A stretch of 64,000 bases of DNA from Octopus sinensis (GCF_006345805.1 NC_043003.1:62372001-62436000); one strand, 5' to 3'; shown: positions 47,321 to 61,429, numbered from the stretch's first letter. Numbers and translations: made by a program. Notes: generated by a model from the sequence alone, not told the origin.

Positions 47321-49149
47321 ACATGTATATATATAGCCCTTCCTACTTTAGATTGAAAAAAATAGTGGGAAGTTCCATAATAAATTTTTGAAAACATTTA
47401 ACATTGCTTCACTTCCTTATGTTCCATTTACTTTTGGATACACTATAATGTATGGAATTACAGATTCATATTTTTCTAGCAACAGCTGTCAGAAAAATAA
47501 TTAGCAGTGCTTAACAACTTCAGTTTTAAATATAATGACGGCAGCCATTAACAATGACATTCTCCAACACCTTGAATCTTTCTCCTTAATAGCCACTAGT
47601 ACAGCTTCTATAAAGCCAGATCTAGTCAAATATAAACAAAGCAGTTCTTGCATTATACATCAGCCTGACTGTTGATATAGCAGTGAGTTGCTTGGTGCTT
47701 TTGTTTCTTTATTATCACTAGCCTAATTCATTAGGATAACATATTTTTAATTTAAAAATGATAAGGCCTTATTCAACTCCCTGTGAAAATAGTCTATTAC
47801 ACACTCACCATAATGTAAATAATAATGATATAAAAGTATAGGAGTATACTATGTTAACAGTAAATATATAACATACTAAGTTAAGAAATAAGTATCTTTT
47901 GTTTCTAGTTATGTGCACATCTCACTTGGTATGTTACAGCTTCTTTGCTATGTTCCAACTGCTCTGTTTCCTAGGGTGAAATTTCACTGTTAAAAACATT
48001 TTACTCAATGGGATTGATGATGATAAAATTATAAGCAGATTTATAGAAATCTCTGCCAGAAGGAAAAGAGATGGTATGTTATTCATTACTGTAATTTTCA
48101 GCATAAAATTTATAATCAAATCATCAAATTGCAAAAAAATCATTAAATTGCAAAATTACAATTGTTAGAAAATATGAACTGTTGTATTAAATTTATTAAA
48201 CTTTGTATGAAGCTGATTCAGTTTTCTTCTTTATCTCTATTGTAATTTAAAAGAATTTGTAAACGATAATATTAAAGGAAAAATTTATGTACTGTGAGTT
48301 TCAATATTGAAGAGATACAGTTGAAAAATCAATTCAAATGGTAGGGAAGATGAATATTTGGTTGTATATTTCCTAAGTTTTTACAACAATAATAGTGCTG
48401 TAGCAGAATGCATTTATTGATATTGAATAGGAGGGAGAATCTTTGAACAACTCTAATAATAATGATAAATCAAACACAATTCTGATACTACCTACCAGTG
48501 ACAGTAAAATTACAGTTCATATGGGTTATAGTATATGAACAGCTTATACAATGACATTAATGCACATGATCTACAACAAGTTAATAGGACATATGACTTC
48601 AATGTATACAAATCTTCTTGAATCATTCATTTTTCTGTTTGAGCAAGGCAAACTGTAAAGCAAATTTCTGCATTCAGCAGTGACCAACTGACACAACCAG
48701 CTCTGTTTGCATATTTCCAAGTTGTGTGTCTGACTCTCTGTGAATCTAGGAAGCTTACTTTTCTTTGATACATATCAAAAACTTCATAGCTGCAACTTTG
48801 TTCTCTGTTAAAGCATTTTATTCTAAGAAAATCTTTGATAGAATATAGAAGGTTCAAGGACTTAGAAATGAGTGATGAGAGATCAATACAAATGGAAAAT
48901 AAATAGGTTTTAAATTAGACAATTAAATTTAAAATTCAGGTTTCTCTACATAACTATTATGCTTTTATTGTTATACTCTCTCTTTCCCTCTCTCTCCCCC
49001 TTTTTCTCTCTTTATTTCCCTCTGTTTTCCGTTTTTTCCCCCTCTTTCTCATTAATTTCATATGGCACGGAAGATAATTTGTTAAGCCATTTTTTAAAAA
49101 TTTGTTTTAATGGTTTTCTCTTGAGGAAAGGGCGGTGCCCAAATGGCCT

Positions 49150-49480
49150 TTGAGGGCCCTCTGAAAAATGTAATAACAATACAATGGATATTCCTCTTGA
49201 ACAAGCTAACAAATATCTGAAAAATAAATGGATAAGGAGGTAATTCCAGCTGGTCAATATTTTGGGAAGGAAGAACCAGGTATAGTGGTTAGTGCAGGTT
49301 CTGAGGTAGAGAAAAGACAATATGAAAGGCTTAGAAGAGCAGAGACAAGGGATTCAGAAGTATTTGAATGGAGATGGCATAAGACCAGCAGCTGAGGATC
49401 AGAAGCTCTTGTTGTTGTTGTTGCTGCAAAAAGACAAGAAAAGGAGATGGATCATCTGTGGGTGAATGGTTAGAGTGTTG
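49150..49480 (-). mobile_element. CR1-group LINE 3' fragment
   Basis: Minus strand LRTCTNHYTWFFLPKILTSWNYL matches the terminal RTxxYxxSFxPRTxxLWNxLP motif. Shares gttcaagaggaat with 28690. Confidence 0.6.
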
Positions 49481-49838
49481 TGACAGACATTGTACTTATG
49501 GACTAGACATACATTCCACTTGCTTCAGCTAATTTTACACTGAACAAGTATTAATGAACTATTAATGAAAGTTAACCTATTACAATAGAATATTTGCTTA
49601 AAAAATTCATTAAAGTACCCAATTTTGTTTTCCATCCATTGTATAATTGAGACAATTTATAGTAAAATTCAGGCTTTGAAATCATCAGATTGGGTTTTAA
49701 AAGTAAAAGGAGAATTAGTTTAGTGGCTGTTTCACCAGAAGAATATTATTTAAGCACATTAAGACTCATGACTTTATAGACATATAAGATTTATGACTAA
49801 CTAATTAGCCATATATTTGGTGTTACTTTGCTTCAGTG

Positions 49839-49994
49839 TTATTTATTTTTTACATTAATCTTAATCTTATTTCGGTTAGTAAGGAGAGACACAAATAAGT
49901 GAGAAGAAAACAAAGGACCACTGATGCAGTCACAGGAGTGTGACGAAAGAACTCTGGCCGAAATAAGATTAAGATTAATGTAAAAAATAAATAA
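49839..49994. repeat. perfect 37-bp inverted repeat enclosing an 82-bp spacer
   Basis: 49839-49875 (ttatttattttttacattaatcttaatcttatttcgg) pairs without mismatch with 49958-49994. Confidence 0.9.
49915..49959 (+). ncRNA. degenerate type I hammerhead-like motif
   Basis: ggacca CTGATGcA gtcaca-ggag-tgtgac GAAA gaac TC tggcc. Perfect 6-bp stem II; the core has one extra or substituted base; stem I is imperfect. Confidence 0.5.
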
Positions 49995-50084
49995 TAATTA
50001 GCCATAGATGTGTGTTAACTGTCAGTTGAAGAATATTAGTGACAGGACTGTCAGAAGGAATATGTACACCAGTATGTTGTTTGG

Positions 50085-50275
50085 ATTTAGATTAACCTAA
50101 TTAAGCAGACCTTGGATAAAATGTAGTCTTACCATGACCATTCAATCTTTTTAACAGAATATTGAACTATATTATCCACTGTGTCTTTCTTGTTTGAGAC
50201 AGCAGGGTATAAGTTAAGGGAGATTTATTTTCTATTTCTAGCAGGTCATACAATCATGTAGAGCCTCCCTCATTT
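50085..50275 (+). repeat. unclassified interspersed repeat
   Basis: Homologous to 23950-24140 (ttatccactgtgtc...gggagattt...tatttctagcaggtc...gtagagcctccctc). Confidence 0.55.
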
Positions 50276-52569
50276 CTTGTAAATAAACTATCTCTTGAGG
50301 GCACAAAGAATTGAAAAGTTTATTCAAAAGTTATTTAAGAGACGTTCATAGAGCTATGTCTCAATAAATATCATTCAATGCTTAACAATTCTTAATTATG
50401 AAATCAGTAGGAAAAATTTTGAATTGAATAACTTTATCCTTTTTGATTTCATTTATAATACTTTTTTGTTCATGTATGAAGCTCAATGCTGTTTATTTCA
50501 AGAAGCGTTGTTAAGAAAGAATTTACAATAAAACAAATGGTTCCTCAAAGTAAAATGCAAAGGAAGCAGATTTTTCAATTTTTCTAATTTTCATTATTTA
50601 TTAAACCACACAGGAAAATGTCATGATAAAATATTCATAATGTACAGCTACTGCTCTGTTTCTCAATTTAAGATTGTATTCAGATTATTGTAGACTAGCA
50701 TAATGTAGTCAAAGTTAATTATCACAGGTATTCATTGCCTTTTTGCAAATTTATGGTAGTCTTTTTTATTATTTTATCATTTTGGTCTGGAAAAAGAAGC
50801 TGTGACCATGGCTTCACAAGCTCTTTGAAAGAGATATTTTCTAACAATTGTTTACATTTCCTGGAACACAATCTGTGTAATTTATATATTTTTCAGCTAA
50901 ATGGTACTAGATTATTCTGTTATTTGCATCATTCAGTTTACAGTAATGACAGAAGACTGGTTGTATTCTCCACTTTTATCACTTTCTCTTTTATACTAAC
51001 TTTCTAACTCTTTTACTTGTTACTGTATTGCAATGTCTAGTGAATACATGCAGGGTTGTCTTCTTTTGGTGGTAGGGTATAGGTCAGTTTCCTTTTCCTC
51101 TTTTGGGGGTTAGCGTTTTTGATAGAAGACAAAGTTTGAAAACCTTTAAAAGTGTCAAGTATTTCAGTTCTCTGCCTAAATCAGTTGTATGGTAAAATGA
51201 ACCCATATAGCCTGAGACTTTTTGGTCATATTTGTTCTTTAACTGCTACTTAGCTGACCAATATCTCACACACTTCATTTCTATACAAGACTCCATTGTG
51301 ACAATTTCTCTTTTGTTTTGGATCCAGTTATTTATCATGCTGGAAGACATAAAACTCTAAAATAAAAGATATTAAAGTATTGGTTGGAAAAAATATTGAT
51401 GTGAGTTTTCTTGCAGTACTGAAATTTGATATTAGAATTTTTCTTTCATAGTTTTATGATTCTACACCAAGACATTGGCTGTTTTCACTTTATTAGGCAT
51501 TCTATGGTTTTAGATTAAATTGCTGTTTTTATAATACACTGATACTGTGATTTTGGATTAAGTTTTTTTCTTTGTTTTTTTTTCACATTGCTATGATTTT
51601 TATTAAAAGCTAAATATAAGGATTTGAAGTTTTCTTTCTCAACAGGAACAACCCAAAAACACTTGCAGCTACCATAAATGAGACTCCATATTCACAAGTA
51701 TTTCTAGCTGCATGTTAGATATATCTTAATTTAGATGTATTTTAATTACTATTATATGCACAGTTGATAAATGTCTTGTACACTATGATAAGGTTTAAAA
51801 ATGTTTTGTTATACTTGATTTCTGATAGGTTGAGTTTGCAAAATCAAATGCTTATACTTACTCATTGCATTCAGTAAAGGATACTGGTGCAGTGCAATTG
51901 CTTAATGTGACTTTAAACTTCATGTTTTCACACAAAATTAATGTATTAAGCTACTTAGTAAATTTATCAGGAATTTTGTTATATGATTCAACATTTGGTT
52001 GACATACAATAATTAATGGTCAGTAATTAGTAAATAACACAACAGTTATACTAAATACTACAACTGGAAAGGATGTATCCAAGTAATGATTTTATAAGAC
52101 CTCAAAATATATCTAACGCTGGTTTCATTAAAAAATTTTCTAAATGAGAGGGGTTGCAAGTCACCTCTTCCTAGCAGTAAAATTTTGCTGTTTTTCCTTA
52201 CTCTTCCAACTATACCATATTAGGAGTATAATAATTTTAATCTGATCCCTCAAGAAGAACTATCAGCAATGTCCTTCAATACATGGAAACAGTTACATAT
52301 ACACATATACATGCTGACACATGCACAACAAAAGTATACTTGCCTTCTGTATTGTTTATAGTATACATGTGCATTGGTAAACTAATGTAGACTGATTTTA
52401 TTGATTTTAAAGGTAGTCTAAGATATAATCTGAAGCAATTGTTTCGTAGATTTTGTTTATGATTTGTAAGGTACTAAGGAGAAAAAAGAAGTGCAACGGT
52501 CAACTTTTGAAATATTAGTTTCAAATTTTATCACAATGTCAAAAATTTTGGGGAAGAAGGGCAGTCGAT

Positions 52570-52781
52570 TTTCTACTCTAGGCACTAGACCCAAAATTTT
52601 GGGTGAAGGGAGCCAAGTCAGTTAGATCGACCCCAGTATGCAAATGGTACTTAATTTATCGACCCCGAAAGGATGAAAGCAAAGTTGACCTTAGCGGAAT
52701 TTGAACTCAGAACATAAACACAGACGAAATACCACTAAGCATTTCACCTGGCATGCTAACATTTCTGCCAGCTCGCTGCCT
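52570..52781 (-). mobile_element. SINE family C, best-preserved copy
   Basis: Minus strand: ggcagcgagctggcagaaatgttagc (A-box-like) ... gagttcaaattccgc (B box) ... ctttcatcctttcggggtcgataaattaagtacc ... gtgcctagagtagaaaa. Confidence 0.88.
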
Positions 52782-53189
52782 TATAACTTTTGAAATATTG
52801 AATTGAGAAGAACCTTGGTTGAATAAGTCTAAAGAATTTCCTGTTTGTTTTTCTATTTTTTCTTCTGTATAAGCTAGTGTATAACTAACTGATAAACTGA
52901 CCAATAGATTGGTTGAAAGATATGTATCTGTTGAATTAGTATCAGTGTGTTTGGCTGTTGTGAGAAATAGTTACACTTACAGATATCTTTTAGTAGGACT
53001 GTTATTTTTGTGTGACATTTAGCTGGTTCATGATGACTGGAAAATCAATTTGGAAAGCTTTATATAGCAAAGAAATGATTTAATATTTATCATATTAACT
53101 ATTTATGGGAGAAGTAACAGAATTTAATTATGAACTGGACGAAATATTGAGGTATATCACATGTGACCAGCAGCTCTGATCTTCAACAT

Positions 53190-53481
53190 TACATCACATA
53201 CATGCATGTATATATACATACAAACATGCATGCATACATACATTCATGCATACAGACCAACCTACCTACCTATCTACCTACCCACCAACCAACTTATCTA
53301 CCTGCCTACCTACATTTACCCACCTACCAACCAACCTATCAGTCTACCTACCTACATACATACATACATACTTACATACATACAAACATTTATACATACA
53401 TACATACATCACATACATACATACATACACACACATACATACATACATACATACATACATACATACATACATACATACATA
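53190..53481. repeat. (CATA)n/(CCTA)n compound microsatellite
   Basis: Directly visible. It is the source of the HTYI/TYIH track ORFs. Confidence 0.95.
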
Positions 53482-54130
53482 CGTAGGTTATGCATGCGAA
53501 TAGCAGCTGTCCTAAAATGTTATCATGGTACTACCTCCCTATGTGGCATGATGCTGTTGCTAAAACAATTTACAATGCCATCCACAAAAAAAAAACTGTC
53601 CTAAAATAAACTTAGAAAATCTCTCTGTTATGGAATACATTCATAAACACCAACTCAAGGAATACTGGTGGAATATTCCCATCAAAACGTCTTTCAAGTG
53701 TAAGGATAACAGGCCAGATGTTGTTGTTTGGGACAGAGGGGCAAAGGTATGTACCATCATAGTGGTCAGTTGCCCAGCAGATATAAATATCTCTTTGAAA
53801 AAGAGGATATCTATGGACAACTGCTTCGAAACCTCCAGCTTCTATATCCTGACTATGAATTCATATTCATAGCAATAATAATTGGAGCATTAGGTTTTGT
53901 TAGTAAATGCTTAAAGGAAAATCTGGATAAACTGGGATTTTCAGAAAGAAAAAGTGACCAGCTGATTCATAAATTACAAGTATAATATGTGAGCGGAACA
54001 GTTAAAATATGCAAGACTTTTCTCAAGTTCCAAATGTGAATTTGTTTGTGTTAACTACATTCCAAAGATGGAGCCTTGTATCTTTGTTAGAAATTGGCTC
54101 CCTCCTCAATGGAAGATTTATAATAATTAA
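53482..54130 (+). mobile_element. restriction-like-endonuclease non-LTR retrotransposon 3' fragment (R4-related, distinct family)
   Basis: HANSSCPKM...YYLPMWHDAVAKTIYNAI, EYWWNIPIKTSFKCKDNRPDVVVWD...SCPADINI, EKEDIYGQLLRNLQLLYPDY...IIIGALG...GTVKICKTFLKFQM* (stop ~54039). Confidence 0.8.
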
Positions 54131-56691
54131 AAAATAGAAGAGACAAACATACATGCACACACACACACACACACACACGTGCACATCATTTCAGTTTTGG
54201 TATTAACCTTTATTGTTTGTTTATTGCTTGTCTTTATAAGGTTTTCATAGGGTTCCCATGTTCCAGTTTCATTCCTGTTTACCTGAGGTGATGGTCTTCT
54301 ACTGCAGTGTCAGACCACACTTTGAGATAGAACTGGAGATCATGCAGTAACTGAATGAACTCTATATCAACACAGCCTTGTCCAGAAGTAATGATGAACT
54401 GGTCATACCTGGAATATTTTTGATCAAATGTTTGTTGAAAGTTGATTTAGGGGTTAACCATAACTATAACAGTTAAGGGTAATTATGCTCTTATTCAGTT
54501 CCTGCTGTATGTAGTTTGGATTTAAGTATTTAAAATATGTTCTTATGAGCAATTCTAATGTTCAATACCTATTGCTGACATTTAGATATTTAATATGTAG
54601 GCAGATCTGTCACTAGAATATATCTAATATTTCTTTCCTCTACTCTGACAACCTTGTCTACACTGTCTATTCACTTGATTTCTAAGAATATAGCTATTTT
54701 ATAATTATTGCTCACTCAGAAAAACTTGTTAGATTCCAGAATTGGTTTGCAGTATATGGGGTGGATGCAGTGTGCTGATAGAGGTACTATTAATTTATTT
54801 ATAATTTAGCACCGTCTTTTTGCCAGTTTTAAACTTTGAAATTTTATGAATAAGATAAATAAAAATTTACTTTTATCAGTGGTGTTGTCATTAACAGTTA
54901 TCAGTTCTTGTTTCATATATTTCTCTTGCTACAGCTATTATTATACATAGCAGTATCAACTAAAAGTATGTAGCATAATATTTACCATGAAAGTAAGCTT
55001 TGAGAAAAAGTCTCAAAGACGTGTTGTAAGTATCCTGTTGATTTACAAATCAATATGTGGTCAAAATTAATGAAAGGAAATAAATTATTTATCTGTATTA
55101 ATGATAGCTTATAATTGACATTAAAATTAGGAAAAAATATAACTAAATAAAATTCATACTGATCACAACATTTATAATCCTTTCATGATAAAAATGTAAT
55201 ATAGCCACTTACAAGACAACTAATGTAATGTTTTCTGAGGTTAATATTCTAGGCAGTAGATATTTAGCTTATAATTTCCATTAATTAAGCTTCATAAATT
55301 TGTGTTGTTTGTTTACTTTTTGTTTATTCTGAATGTGTATGTGTGTGAAATATATATGAAATATGTATCATATCTTCTTTTATATTGTGTTTGGTATATG
55401 TTCATAATGTCAATAATTAATGAAAGGTTATGTGTATATATTTTTTAAATATATTTCTAAAATATATAAGTATTGATTTCTAACAGAGTTTTAGAAATAT
55501 ATGAAGAACTGTTTTGTTTTGTTATTCCTCTTCTTAGTGAGTCCACTGGGTAATGGGGAAATAGTAGAGACAGTGCTAGATTATGAATGCTTCTGTGTTT
55601 TAAAAGAAAAATCATATTATATTAAAATATTAAAAGAAGTGAAATAAAAACAGAGTGTGTGTTTATTATTAGTATAATGACCCTCTCAAGATATAACAAA
55701 ATCATATAACAATGCGCTATATAAAAACAGTTTGTCTGATAGTGCAAAACATAGACTCCAAGGAAATTAGTTATGGTTTGAATCAGCAACAGTTTTTCCC
55801 ATGGAGGATTTATAGAAGGGAGATCAATTAATACATTTGCCATGAAGAATAAGGAATCTAACATTCTGGCCCTTTCCTTCTGTTTAAAAGTGAGAGAGAG
55901 AGAGAGAGAGAGAAAGCATTGTTACTTTGTATATAGGCTAATGATAAGTTTATCTTACATGTGTTTAACTTCATTCTTTCTCCTGTTATTAATTCTGCTT
56001 TTCTGTATATTATCTTAGAGAAAAGAAGCTCAGGATACATATTGCTGTACAACCCACACTAAACTTAGTAATACAGTCCCTCTAACTACTGCATCAACTT
56101 TACAATTGAGGCCCCTAGCATTTAAGTGTCCTCATCTTCGTATAGTATGGTAGAGGTAACCTCAAAGTACCAGTGTAAGACTCTCTGATAGTGGAGACAA
56201 CATTACACTCTGTTTGCCTTAAACCTGAAAAAAGGAACAAATTTATGTAGGGCAGAGAGGCTCATGTCAGAGACAACCCTTTTTATATCAGTGACACAAT
56301 AAAATGTCACTTAACCATGCTGTAAAGTGGCTAGTGATAGGAATTTAGTGTTGGCATAAGGTAGAGAGAAGTCTTGAGCATTGTCAAACAGAACTTTTCA
56401 GTGCTGGGGAAATGATAAAATGCACCCAATCCATGTTGCAGAAGTTAGTGTTATGATGGACATTCAGTTATAAAAACCATGCTGAGAAATAAATAAATAA
56501 ACATGGGGCATCATAGAGTAGAAAGAACTCTTGAATTTCGTTGGAAACAACCTCATTAGAGCCAGTGGTACAATAAAATACTTTCCTTAATTCTGTTAAG
56601 TGTTTGATTATATGAAGCGCATCTAGCAGTAAAAATATCAAAGAAAGGGGAAGAACAAATGTAGATGATGAAAAATAAAAGGACTTCTTTA

Positions 56692-57097
56692 GTCTTGTCA
56701 AGGACAACCTCTTTAGTATCTGTGATATGATCAAATGCACTTAAGCTGTTATACTGTGAAGAGGTTGTTGTCAGGAAGAGCATCCTGCTGCAAAAAATAT
56801 GCAAAAAGAAAAAGAAAAGAGCAGGGAAAATGGAAATTCTGTAAGATAGAGGAGAATTATTAGTAAAGTGAAGGGATTTCGTTAGTACAAGACATTGGAA
56901 ATAATCTGTCTTGTACTAATGAATTCTTCACTTTACTAACAAATTTCCTCTATGTTACATTTCCATTTCCCTGCTCTTTTCTTTTTGCATCCTTTTTACA
57001 GCTTGATGCTCTTCTTCACAACAACTTCTTCACAGTAAAATAGTTTAAGTGCATTTGATCATATCACAGATACTAAAGAGGCTGTGCTCCACAGGAC
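56692..57097. mobile_element. 406-bp foldback element / long-TIR MITE
   Basis: Arms of about 200 bp (56692-56894 and 56907-57097) with a 12-nt loop. TA on both flanks (56690-91, 57098-99). Confidence 0.8.
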
Positions 57098-58776
57098 TAT
57101 CGATGCCATTGGGAACAACCTGTCTAGTACCAGTGGCATGTTAAGATGCACCTGTTTCATACTGTAAAACGGTTTTAGAATTATATTAAAGAAGGGAAGA
57201 GGTGAATGAATGAAATGTAGAGCAGAATGTACCCTTTGATCTTGTAGAGGCCATCTCTCTAGTACCAGTAACATAATAAAATACATCCAGCTCAGATTGT
57301 AATGTGATTGGTAATAAATGGGCATCTAATTTTAAAAAACAAATTAAAAATAACATAACATATACAACAGAGTTAGATGGGTTTTTCTTCTCTGTTACTG
57401 TATGTGTGGGTATGTGAGTATCTTATGTGTATGTGAGCATTTTGATTCAAACTTCATGATGATTGGAACCTGCATAGTTACATAGTTGGCAAGGTATAGT
57501 ACCCATTCAGCCACCCTTCCAAGGATATGGTGAATTCATAGAACAGCATCATGGCAGATTGTGAAGAAACAGTGGAAGAGCTCAACTGAACCAACAGTAC
57601 TTCTTAAATTGATGCTGAAGTGGAGGAGGAATCCTAGAAGATTAATGGTCAGGATCATTAAGCTCTATCAAGGCAGTATCTGCAATGCATCCATAGGGGC
57701 AGCATCAATGGCTGTGTAATCAGCTAGTAAAAAATTTATTATTACCCAAACACCCAATCCAAATATGAACAGAGTTGCGTGGTGACAGAGAGTCACAGGA
57801 ATCCATGCAAGCAGTGTGAGCAGATGACTGTGCCAGGTGGCTAATGTCTATTTGGAGATGAGTTGGATGCTGTGAGACCTATCTGTTCTTTTGATTATAT
57901 ACTAAAACGGAAAAAAATGGACATAAAATGATAATGATGATAACAACGTTTATGAAGGAAGATGATGATGTATCAGAAATTTAATTAGTTTATTATACTG
58001 ATTGATAATCTGCTTTCTCTGATTAAATAACTTGATTCTACTCCCAAACAAATCCTTTTATGAGTTAACAAATAATGGGCTCTTTAAAGTGACTTGAAAA
58101 AGGTGGAATTCAGATGTTCTGGAAAAATGTTTATACATTAAAGTAAGAATTGTCAAAGTAGTTCTGTCACATGCAGTAAATTTGAGAATGACCCAATCTT
58201 GAAATTAAAAACAATCATGGTAAATTGAATTGGAAAAAATATTTTAGATATATATTTTTTTTTTCAACAAATCAAGACTGCTAAGTTAACTGATGACAGG
58301 TTTATGTGTTCAGCTACTAACTTCAATTATCAAAAGTAGATTTTAAAATTGATGCTGACAGGAGGAAAAATGTTGATTGAAAAACAGGATAGAGAAATCC
58401 TCATCCTCAGCATTTACTACCACTGCTTCCTCCTCCTCCACTTGCTCCTTCTGCTCCTTCTAAAAGTTATCAATTATTTTGCAATGTATCACTGCAAGAT
58501 ACTTAGGTCAGCTCCAATATCTGCCTGCTATGCATCTCAAGCTTACAGAATTTTGCTTTTTAATTTTATGCAAATCTTATTTAGTTTCTTCTCTCTCTCT
58601 CTCTTTCTTTCATTCTGAATTCTCTATCTCATCAGCTAACAAGCATTCTTTTGCTCAAATATTCTTAGTTCCTCCAGACTGTTGTCAATATATTTTGACT
58701 CTCATTCCGTTTTATGATCTGTCAATATAGATGACAAACATTTAGTTTATAAAAAAATTAATGAAAATAAGATCGA

Positions 58777-58996
58777 CTCTTTCGATACAAGCCTGCCTGA
58801 GAATGCCCTTGGTTCTATGATACAAACACCCTATTAAAAAGTGATGTAAATTAAAACCTTCCATCAATATTTCATATAAATTTCTGTTCTAAACACGAGG
58901 TTAATAAGGACAGTTATTTTACTAAATTCTTCATTATTTTTAAGATTATTTGAAACAATAGCAATGTATTGCAACAGAAATATGGTAACAAAAGAG
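58777..58996. mobile_element. piggyBac-like MITE
   Basis: ctctttcgatac ... ggtaacaaaagag. Homologous along its length to 24271-24492. Confidence 0.7.
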
Positions 58997-61429
58997 TTTT
59001 AATTAGTGAAATAAAATCATTATTGTTATTTTAAATTATTATAAAGAATTGCTCTAAATTCTGTACTTGGTGGATTTGACTAACTTCCTTAAACTCTAGT
59101 GTTCATATTGAAAACATCTAGCATGGTTATATAGAGAGTAGAATTCCTATTTTTTGGCTTTACTTTTTATTTATTTATTCAATGTTTTGTTGCGTTGACT
59201 GTAGAGCAAATGGTACAGTGAAAATTGATGGTAATTGATGAAAGTGAAAAAAGACAGAAACAACAGATCACCTGGATAGCACCATTTCTGTAACAACAGT
59301 TACAAATACTTGCTTGTAGCATCTGGTTTTAGTGAAACAGCAAGATGAATGACTATATATGTTAAAGGTCAGCTGTAGTACTTAGCCGTGTAGCTGAAGT
59401 GCTACAAGAATTTAGATAACAGTATTTGAAATTCTGATATTAGGAGAAAGTATAATTTCATTGTATCTGGGAGTGATGTGTTGATTTGTGTATGTTGGCA
59501 TTGGAAATATCTGAAGTGAAAAACCACCAATTCAAGGTCTCTGAAATTAAGATAGTCGTCTCACATACAGCATTCTGGAGCCGTGATAACAATAATGATA
59601 TTCACAGCTAATTATACTTTTATTCTTTAGAATTCTTGGTAAATTGCAATAATGTAGCTTGTATTTCAATTTCTTTTTCTTGTAAAAGAATTTATATGCT
59701 TTAATTCACAAAACTGTCTCTAGAGAGTGACAAAGAAAGGAAGCTTTATACAGAGTTAGCCACGGGGAAATTTGGCAATACTTGAGATGATAACATGATA
59801 TTATGTAACAAATAAAATTTCCTTCACTATAATTATTTCTGTTCTCAAATCATATTTAAATGCTCGCTGAGAAAATGCACTAAAAAATTCCTTTCTGTGC
59901 AATCTATTTTATCTACCAAATGAAATGTAAATGATCATGTTGTGCAAGGCCTTGTACATTTAGGATGTGTTTTTCAATCTATTTTTTCAGAGTGTAAGTA
60001 GCTGATGATTTAAATATGTTCACTATTTAAGTGTTGTGTCCCACCTAGCTGTAAATAGATATTTCTGGATTGTATAATTCATTATTAAAAACAATGGATT
60101 CATTGCAAAATTGACAACAAGAAGCTGTCCATCAAACCCATATTCCTACAGAACCTTCCACAAGTCCTGTGGAACATGGTTGTGGATTGTATTCTTTTTG
60201 GAGAGAGATGACTAAAAGAATGGTAGTTGAGTAGTTCATTTTTTTCTGATAGCCTGGCATCTTAGTGGTCTGAAAAGCCAGAAATATGCACTATCTCAGT
60301 AGACCAAGGATATCTGCCTAGGGAAGAGAAAAGAATCCACTTTTTATTATAAGTTGCAACTACAATTTATCAGCAATTATGTGAAAATGACTAATTAGAA
60401 AATTAAAGAGTGAAATATTCCTTAAAAATTTTGACTGATATCATCATTAGGTTTATGATGTAAGCATTACTGTTTCAAAGTTGCCTTATCTATTATAAAT
60501 TGCGATAGGGCCCTGAGAAACAGAGAGAGTAAGAGAGTGTTGTGTGTATTTCATTACATTCCACCTACAAATATTTTGACTCTTTGCTAAGCTTGATATA
60601 TTTAAGGTTAGAAAAGTATTAAAATCTAGTTACTACACATAAAAGTTAATCTATATTTAATTTAATTATTTGTCAGTAACTCTACCTGATTCCCAGTCAG
60701 TCACTCCCTGCCTTCTCATCAACCCTTCTATCTACCTGCACACTAACTTACTATATATATCCTTATATGTTAATATGTATGTAAATAAAAGAAAAATGAG
60801 CATTGGAATGGCTCAAATAAAGATGTATTAAATACCATACAAGAAGTACTGAAAATGTTTCTACTTCAAGAGTTAGTATAAGAATTACCTGGAAATTTGT
60901 ATTGACTCCAAATGAAATGGGAAAATAGTCTCAAAAATCAACACTTTTCCAATATAGACATGCAATTATGGAAAAGACAGCTTGATTGTCTAGAGACAAC
61001 TTGACTGTCATCAGTACAGCAGATTTTCTACATTGTGTCCTGTAGACAGACTTGATATACAGGAAAGAGAACACTTGGCAGGTAACTTATCAAGTGCCTG
61101 GTGAAGATTGTCTTCCAGTGAGTTGAGTAGTACCCTATCATTTGCAAATTCCAGCCAACTTATCCTGCACCCATTGGTCTCAATGCCACTTCCAAATCCA
61201 GCTATGCATGTGACTCCTATCTATAAGGATTATTAACTGGAGAGGTGACAGTATGCACAATTGACAGAGTCTGACAGCCACATTGAATGGTTTTGACTAA
61301 GCACCATTTACCCAAACATAAATCTAGGGCATTCATATCAGACTTCAAGACAACAAGAACCCATATTCCCAGAGAACCTTCCACAAGTCCTGTGGAATAT
61401 GGTTGTGGATTGTATTCTTTTTGGAGGGA

